Assembly: GCA_040772485.1 (NCBI GenBank)
Contig: JAXGYC010000011.1
Coordinates: 160,001 to 224,000, forward strand
Direction: 5' to 3'
Length of the DNA: 64,000 nucleotides
From: Sedimentisphaerales bacterium
GTDB lineage: Bacteria > Planctomycetota > Phycisphaerae > Sedimentisphaerales > Anaerobacaceae
The notes under the pieces were generated by a model. That model saw only the letters and a program-made list of their open reading frames with translations, had not been told where the DNA came from and did no database searches. The translations under genes were made by a program, and so were the position numbers. This document shows, piece by piece, positions 58,156-64,000 of this stretch (position 1 is its first letter; each line of letters begins with the position of its first letter).

Positions 58156-58960
58156 CGATCTTCTTGAAGCAACCGACGAGACCACCGCCGGGCAGACCGC
58201 CGAGAGGAGCGACCACCTCAAGGCAGTCGCCCTGCGCGCCTACTCGGGACACAAGACCCGCTCGATCGCGGAACACGAGATCGTCGAGCTGCTGCCGATG
58301 GTCCGCCAGATCGCGCATCGCGCCGCCAGCTATCTGCGTCCTCCGCTGTCGTTCGACGACCTGGTCTCGGCCGGCACGGTGGGCCTGCTGAAGGCCGCCC
58401 GCGATTTCGACGCCTCGCATCAGGCGGAGTTCAGGACCTACGCCTACATCCGAATCAAGGGCGCCGTGCTGGATGAGCTGCGCAGGGCTTCGCCTCTGCC
58501 CTCCAACGTCAATCGACAGGTGCGCCACGCGCTGCGCGTCAGCCAGAGCATCGCCCAGCGGACCGGCAGCGCCCCTACCGACGAGCAACTGGCCGATGAG
58601 CTGGGCATCTCCGTCGACGAGGTGGGAACGCTCTTCGAGAGCGCGCGGGCCCAACACTTCGTCTCCATCGACGGGTCCGGCGAGGAACAACCGGCCCTCG
58701 GAGAGATTCTGGCGTCGGCCGACACCGCTGCTCCCGACAGTCGGATGGAAAAAGACGAAATGCTCAAGAAGCTGACGGCGGCCATGCAGGAGCTCGACCG
58801 GCGCCGGCTTCAGATTGTCGTGCTCTATTACCACAAGCACCTGACCATGAAGCAGATCGCCGATCTGCTCGAGATCACCGAATCCCGTGTCAGCCAGTTG
58901 CACGCCAGTGCGCTGGTGATTCTCTCGGCCAAATTGGGGGAATACCGCGATGACGGATAG
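58139..58960 (+). CDS. fliA: Flagellar sigma factor FliA (sigma28)
   Basis: DDLVSAG, FRTYAYIRIKGAVLDELR, LTMKQIA, TESRVSQLH. Confidence 0.95.
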   Translation: MTARTDDLLEATDETTAGQTAERSDHLKAVALRAYSGHKTRSIAEHEIVELLPMVRQIAHRAASYLRPPLSFDDLVSAGTVGLLKAARDFDASHQAEFRTYAYIRIKGAVLDELRRASPLPSNVNRQVRHALRVSQSIAQRTGSAPTDEQLADELGISVDEVGTLFESARAQHFVSIDGSGEEQPALGEILASADTAAPDSRMEKDEMLKKLTAAMQELDRRRLQIVVLYYHKHLTMKQIADLLEITESRVSQLHASALVILSAKLGEYRDDG

Positions 58961-59171
58961 TGATTACAGTGCCATCCGGCCAGTCGAGGGCCTGCAGACG
59001 ATCCAGGGACTGACGCCGATCCAGAGGCAGGAGGAACGCAAGCGCCGCCAGGATGCGAAGTCGGAATCCCATTCCGAGCCCGAGCCCGAGACCGAGACGG
59101 AAGAGGCCGAAGAGCCCAAGGCGAACCCGCCTAATCAGGACGACCCGCACTCGATCGACTATTGTGCTTGA
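58950..59171 (+). CDS. Small acidic hypothetical protein
   Basis: 73 aa, overlaps the fliA stop; ends HSIDYCA. Confidence 0.55.
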   Translation: MTDSDYSAIRPVEGLQTIQGLTPIQRQEERKRRQDAKSESHSEPEPETETEEAEEPKANPPNQDDPHSIDYCA

Positions 59172-59217
59172 CGCCGTTGGCCCCGGGTGGAATAAACAGC
59201 AAGGAAAAGAAACGCCG

Positions 59218-59478
59218 ATGCCGAAACCAACAAGACGTGTTCTCAAAGCCAGCCAGGTGCAGTGGGACGGTTCGTTCCGACTGGATCTGCACCCGAAGGC
59301 CGCTCCGAAGACGGGCGCCTCATGTGGCGCAGCGCCGACGCGGATTCGCATTGCCGAGAACCATCCACAGTACGCTCTCGTGGAGGTGACCTGTTCCTGC
59401 GGCAAGACCACGTTGGTCCGATGTGAATATGCCCGACCGGACGGGGCCCCCGCGTCGGCCGCGACGGTGGCTTCATGA
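59218..59478 (+). CDS. Small Cys-containing hypothetical protein
   Basis: VEVTCSCGKTTLVRCEY; stop overlaps the ORF at 59475. Confidence 0.55.
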   Translation: MPKPTRRVLKASQVQWDGSFRLDLHPKAAPKTGASCGAAPTRIRIAENHPQYALVEVTCSCGKTTLVRCEYARPDGAPASAATVAS

Positions 59479-59504
59479 GACGTTGCTTTGCCAGGAGATA
59501 TCCG

Positions 59505-60104
59505 ATGTGCAGGATCAGACAAATCGTTTCACTGTTCGCGGTATCGTGCCTGGGCGCCACCTTCTGTGGCTGCAACCCTCCGCAGCGACCGATCCGCCCG
59601 ATGACCACCGAGAACGCACCCAACCCCCAGACAGGCGGATCGAGTGCGAAACGCTTCCAGGATACCCCGCTCGAAGGACGGACCGCCGTCGAGTCGGCCA
59701 TCGAATTGTCGGAGAAGTATGCCCGCCTCTCGGACCAGACCGTCGCGCTGCGCGAGGAGAACAAGCGTCTGACCGCCGACAACGAGGCCCTCTTGCAGCA
59801 GATCGCGGCCCTGGAGGCCAAGCTCAAACAGACGCAGAAGGAATTGGGCGAAGCCAATGAGCTTCTCATCGAGATGCTCACCGAGCTGAACACATGGAAG
59901 AGCAACATCCTCGGTTTTCGCGGGGAGATGCGCGACGCCGCCAAGGCGCAGTTGGAGGCGCTGCTGAAGGTGCTGGAGATTCTCGGGGGGGAAGCGGACG
60001 CCGCCAACCTCGAACGTCTTCACGCCGCGACGCTGAGCGCCAAGCCCCAGGGCGACCCCAATGTCAGCAGCACGCCGGTAAGGGAGGAACCGAATGTACC
60101 GTAG
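59505..60104 (+). CDS. Coiled-coil putative lipoprotein
   Basis: AGGAG RBS; signal peptide ending FCGC; long heptad coiled coil. Confidence 0.65.
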   Translation: MCRIRQIVSLFAVSCLGATFCGCNPPQRPIRPMTTENAPNPQTGGSSAKRFQDTPLEGRTAVESAIELSEKYARLSDQTVALREENKRLTADNEALLQQIAALEAKLKQTQKELGEANELLIEMLTELNTWKSNILGFRGEMRDAAKAQLEALLKVLEILGGEADAANLERLHAATLSAKPQGDPNVSSTPVREEPNVP

Positions 60105-60780
60105 TCCAATCGAATCGGGCCGCCGAGGCTCCGCGTCCGTCGGACGCCGGGCCTTGTTGCTCGTTGCCGCAGTGGTCGTGGCCGCCTGGCAGGGCGGCTG
60201 CGAATCGCCTCAGAACGGCAACGGCATGGCTGGCTCGTTCTACCTGAACCCCTACAAAGACCTCGCCAACCTCGGCCGCATCGCACTGGTCGAACTGGAC
60301 AACAATTCCGGCCACCCCCAGATCTCCGCCGACCTGACCGAGGCGCTCTTCGTCGCCCTCCAGAAGAAGCAGGTCTTTGGCCTGACCATCGTCCATCAGG
60401 ACAATCCCGACTGGAGAGGTCTCCAGCAGAACCTCGATTCGCTCCAGGCAATGCGACAACTGCTGGCCATGCGCGAGACCCTCAAGTGCAACGGTCTGCT
60501 CGTCGGGACCGTCACCGAGTATACGCCCTACCCGCACATGTCGCTCGGCCTGCGCCTGAAGCTGCTCGATCTGACCGACGGGCAACTGCTCTGGGGCCTC
60601 GAACAGGTCTGGGACAGTTCCGACGGCGACATTCAGAGGCGAATCAAGCGCTACTTCAAGGACGACCTGCGGACCGGCTTTGCGTCGCTGCGCGAAGAGC
60701 TGGTGGTCGTCAGTCCGCTGAAATTCGGCAAGTTCGTCGCCTACGAGGTGGCCGAGACGTTCGAACGCCCGGAGCAATAG
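60094..60780 (+). CDS. Putative lipoprotein with CsgG/LpoB/FlgO-like alpha/beta domain
   Basis: Signal peptide ending QGGC; RIALVELDN, GLLVGTVTEY, LRLKLLDLTDGQLLW. Confidence 0.6.
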   Translation: MYRSPIESGRRGSASVGRRALLLVAAVVVAAWQGGCESPQNGNGMAGSFYLNPYKDLANLGRIALVELDNNSGHPQISADLTEALFVALQKKQVFGLTIVHQDNPDWRGLQQNLDSLQAMRQLLAMRETLKCNGLLVGTVTEYTPYPHMSLGLRLKLLDLTDGQLLWGLEQVWDSSDGDIQRRIKRYFKDDLRTGFASLREELVVVSPLKFGKFVAYEVAETFERPEQ

Positions 60781-60825
60781 CAGCCGGTCCGGCGTCAGGG
60801 CCGGACGGTCCGCCACGGGTGGCGA

Positions 60826-60852
60826 GGCCCCTATTATGGGCCGGTTTTTTTT
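60826..60852 (+). terminator. Possible intrinsic terminator
   Basis: GGCCC-N7-GGGCC hairpin, GG, then T8. Confidence 0.45.
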
Positions 60853-60864
60853 GCAGGAAGGCCC

Positions 60865-60891
60865 TTAAGATTCCGGCCGATCATACGAAAA
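60865..60891 (+). promoter_or_regulatory. Putative sigma28 promoter for flgM
   Basis: TTAAGATT-N11-TACGAAAA; partial consensus match with correct spacing. Confidence 0.35.
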
Positions 60892-60925
60892 CAAACATGG
60901 AAACACGGATACTAAGGAACGTGAA

Positions 60926-61195
60926 ATGATAAACAACATTGACATCAATCGAGTCGGCCCCCTCATGGGACAGGCATCCTTCCCAACTCCCGACCCCGTC
61001 AATACGCCGCGAGGCAGCCAGGCCGACGCCTCGCTGCACGTGAGCTTCGAAGACCTGATCAATCAAGCCAAGAATTCCGCCGAGGCCGATGCCGTTGCCG
61101 TCGAAGAGGCGCGCCAGCTACTCGCTTCAGGTCAACTGACCAGCCCGGAGAACGTGCAAGCGGCCGCGAGGAACATCCTAAACTTCGGAATCTAA
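60926..61195 (+). CDS. flgM: Anti-sigma28 factor FlgM-like protein
   Basis: 89 aa; AVEEARQLLASGQL...AARNIL resembles the FlgM C-terminal sigma-binding helices; near fliA. Confidence 0.6.
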   Translation: MINNIDINRVGPLMGQASFPTPDPVNTPRGSQADASLHVSFEDLINQAKNSAEADAVAVEEARQLLASGQLTSPENVQAAARNILNFGI

Positions 61196-61224
61196 AGACC
61201 TTATAGAAAGCCAGATCGAGTCGT

Positions 61225-61265
61225 GGGGCCTGCCAAGGATGGCGCAAAGGCCCCCGTTTTTTTTT
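61225..61265 (+). terminator. Intrinsic terminator after flgM
   Basis: GGGGCCT...AGGCCCC stem followed by T9. Confidence 0.7.
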
Positions 61266-61345
61266 GCGCTGCCCGAGGCCGGCGCGCCCCGCGCAGAAAC
61301 GGAGCTATTAACTCTTAAAGGCTTGTGGACAAACCGCTTATGTTG

Positions 61346-61570
61346 TCAGACGTAGCAGTCGAGGATGGTTCCAACCGGCAGGCGGCCGGGTAGTGGCGCT
61401 GGAGCCGGAAAGGCCAGGGGGCACGAATCGTCGTAGGATCGGACGTGGACGTCGACATGGATAGGACCGGACGCTTCGCTGTGGCCGACCAGCAGACGCC
61501 GCGAGCATGGCGTCGAAGCAGCCGCAACATCAAAAACACCCAACGATTTGTATCCGATCCGGCCGTTCAT
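61346..61570 (-). CDS. Possible small protein ending VGTILDCYV
   Basis: 74 aa ORF; C-terminal G-x-x-L-D-x-Y-V motif; coding status uncertain. Confidence 0.3.
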   Translation of the reverse strand: MNGRIGYKSLGVFDVAAASTPCSRRLLVGHSEASGPIHVDVHVRSYDDSCPLAFPAPAPLPGRLPVGTILDCYV

Positions 61571-61823
61571 TACTTCTGCCCCCAGTAGCACTTATCGTAC
61601 CACAATTATGGGCTCGATTCAAGTGGATTCTACGGGCCGCAGGTCCGAGAAGTTTTTCGCAGATCGCTTGTTACCGATCCTGCCCTGGCGGCCTCTTTAT
61701 TATTAGACCGGTGCATTCGGCACGCGAGCAGGAAATCGCAATCCGGCTCAAAATAAACGGCCTCGCCGGACGACTATATAGAGGCAGGAAACTCTAAATA
61801 ACGTTTGCGACAGAGGTTATCGG

Positions 61824-62024
61824 ATGCACATCATCGCCCAATGCCCCCGTTGCGGCTACCACTGGTGGCTGGACGGCAGCGCCGCCGACCGCAGGCTGCG
61901 ATGCCGAAAATGCTTCCGCCTATTGAAGGTCCCCGACCTGACCGAGGTCCCCGAGGCTACCGCCATCGTCAGCCAGGCCAAAAGCGAGCTGTACGTCGAC
62001 GACGCCGGCAAAACCTATGGTTGA
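61824..62024 (+). CDS. Small zinc-ribbon protein
   Basis: CPRC-x16-CRKC; GAGG RBS. Confidence 0.7.
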   Translation: MHIIAQCPRCGYHWWLDGSAADRRLRCRKCFRLLKVPDLTEVPEATAIVSQAKSELYVDDAGKTYG

Positions 62025-62440
62025 CCCCACGCCCAGCACGGTCTGATCCGCTTCACAGAACCTGGACGATTTGCGGAAGCAGGTTTCCGTCTCCCGATCG
62101 AACCACGGACATCCAATGCAGCGCTCGTCCACCTCTGACTCCTGAATTCTATTCCGTCTGACCGCCATCCCCGCGACGGCCCACCGCCAACATCGCCCAC
62201 CCGCGTTACAATCCCATGAGCCCCCCGTCAATTCTCCGTTAGATTCACCAACCACGTATCACTTCTGGTTTCTGTCGGGCTCAAGAGCGTTGGGCGATCC
62301 GCAGAATGGACGGTCTCTCTGTCGCCGGGAAGGCACGCGATTTCGTCCCAAACACGCAACACCGTCCTTTTGTTGAGGCCGGTGTTGTTTTCCGCTCATG
62401 CGGGCGCCGAGGCGGAGCTGTTTGACAAGTCAACGGAGTC

Positions 62441-62513
62441 TCTGGTTTCAAGTTTTGAGTTTCAAGTTCAGGCTTTCGAGCAACGAGGGACGAGATACGA
62501 GATACCAGCGACG
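62441..62513. repeat. Degenerate heptamer tandem repeats
   Basis: TCTGGTT TCAAGTT TTGAGTT TCAAGTT, then AACGAGG GACGAGA TACGAGA TACCAGC. Confidence 0.55.
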
Positions 62514-62727
62514 ACTGGAACGGAGACCATTCCGGGCGAGCCAAGGCCGGAAATCTGATCGGCATGGGCTGGATTTTCTGTCAACCGATTCACGAGGGTA
62601 ATCGTCATAGCACAGTATCGAAGAAGGGACACCCACGGGCTATGCTGGAGAAGCTCGCCCTGGTCCCATCGGCCAGGCAGACCTTGTGTAGCCGTGAACC
62701 GTAGTCCACGATGCAAGGAGATGAGAA

Positions 62728-63762
62728 ATGTGCCGCAGGAACGTCGTGTGTTTCTCTATCGCTGTGATCGTCGTTGCCTGTTGTCTGGCGGAATCATCCT
62801 TGTTGCATGCGGCGTCTGCCAGCCGGAGCGACCAGGCCCCTCTTCTCTATCCTCACGAGTTCGAGGAGCGGCCGGCCTTGCCGTCTCCGTATCTGGCGGA
62901 AGACGCAACGGAGATCGTGACCGCCGTTTTGAAAAACGGCAAGTACGTATGCATCCCTGTCACCGTCGAGAATGGAAAGCCCCTGCACTACAGCTACAGA
63001 GTCCCGTTCGCCTACGGCAAGGACCGACAGCTCCACGTGGATCGCGAAGACTTCCCGACACTGGCCCAGACCGGACTCCACGCGGACGCGGAGCTGGATG
63101 CCACGACGATGATCACGGGGTTTTCCGTAGATCTGATCACCTACATCGGCCGGCCCGGGCGGTTTTCGGGAGCGGGGTTCATGGCCGATGATGAGACGAT
63201 CCTCTCGGTTCTCAAAGGCGACAACGACCTCGTCAGGAAACTGGGGCTGACCCATCCCCAAATGGCCAGGCCGCTCTATCACGTTTGGAACATGATCCTT
63301 CAGGACATCGAACGCGGCACGTTCAGAAGGTTCTCCAGCATCCCGCGTTTCTTCTACAACGACCATGAGATCACGCTGCGTGCCGAATCGACGAAGGGCT
63401 GGCAGATCTCCATCTTCCAGGATGAGATCCAGGGAACGTTCGACATCAACGTCCGACGCACGCTCAGGCCGGCTGAGAATTCCTTCCTGCGCCGCACGTA
63501 TGCCGGTCTTTCCGGCACGCAAATGACCGAACTGCAGGAGAAGCTCACCCACCTGCGATTCAGTGAGATGCTCCCCTACTACATCATGGGCTACGGCTTC
63601 TACGAGGGCCATACCAGTTTCCGGGCCGACCCGCTCGCCATCGCGTGCATCTTCGGATTGCGGAGCATCGAGGAGATCGAGAACGCCTTTCCCGGCCGCT
63701 TGTATGAGACTCTCACCCGCCATTTCGCCGAGACAGTCCGGCATGAGAACAGCAAGCCATAG
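62728..63762 (+). CDS. Hypothetical exported protein
   Basis: 344 aa, signal-peptide-like N-terminus, coding-like codon bias; no family recognised. Confidence 0.7.
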   Translation: MCRRNVVCFSIAVIVVACCLAESSLLHAASASRSDQAPLLYPHEFEERPALPSPYLAEDATEIVTAVLKNGKYVCIPVTVENGKPLHYSYRVPFAYGKDRQLHVDREDFPTLAQTGLHADAELDATTMITGFSVDLITYIGRPGRFSGAGFMADDETILSVLKGDNDLVRKLGLTHPQMARPLYHVWNMILQDIERGTFRRFSSIPRFFYNDHEITLRAESTKGWQISIFQDEIQGTFDINVRRTLRPAENSFLRRTYAGLSGTQMTELQEKLTHLRFSEMLPYYIMGYGFYEGHTSFRADPLAIACIFGLRSIEEIENAFPGRLYETLTRHFAETVRHENSKP

Positions 63763-64000
63763 GGCGCGATAGAGCCGCACGGCGAATCTGCCTCGCCGAA
63801 CGTCTCCGAAGAAACACGGCACGCAGCGGAAGCGCCAGCAAAAAGGCTCGCAGGTGTGCAAGCCGTACCTCGTTCCGCGACTAAAGGCCCTTCGATGCCG
63901 ATGGCCATCGGATCGAAGGGGGGTAACAGGGAAGGAGGAATAGTGATTGCGTCGGTCAGGGCAAGAGCTGCGCCGTCTGAGGGGCCCGGACGGGGACAGT

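Noticed and set aside
61200..62720. Riboswitch (e.g. c-di-GMP), tRNA or CRISPR array in the intergenic stretch after flgM
   Set aside because: No matching conserved motifs, cloverleaf or repeat-spacer periodicity could be identified by eye; an Rfam scan would be needed to exclude an sRNA

Overview
GC-rich diderm bacterial window occupied almost entirely by a flagellar supercluster. Left arm (+): fliI(partial)-fliJ-motE-like-motA-motB1-motB2-fliO-fliP-fliQ-fliR-flhB. Central arm (-): flgD-flgE-PilZ/YcgR-like-flgF-flgG-flgA-flgH-flgI-flgJ-flgN-flgK-flgL, then a ~24 kb glycosylation/tailoring island, then a frameshifted fliD. Right arm (+): sigma54 activator, two TPR proteins, a second sigma54 activator, fliL-fliM-fliN-flhA, a small membrane protein, fliA, small proteins, two lipoproteins and flgM. 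The standout feature is a 4115-aa single-chain megaenzyme with about nine GT-A glycosyltransferase-like domains, a methyltransferase, a radical SAM/SPASM domain and TPR spacers. It is flanked by a carbamoyltransferase-dual-methyltransferase fusion, and the island starts at a sigma54 promoter; together these suggest an assembly-line-like flagellar glycan synthase. Other notable points: a G7-tract frameshift in fliD, a domain shared by FlgE and FliD, tandem divergent MotB subunits with Na+-type signatures, and TPR proteins that may form a motor scaffold. All calls come from motif reading by eye; no database searches were run and domain boundaries are approximate. A Planctomycetota-like origin is a low-confidence impression only.
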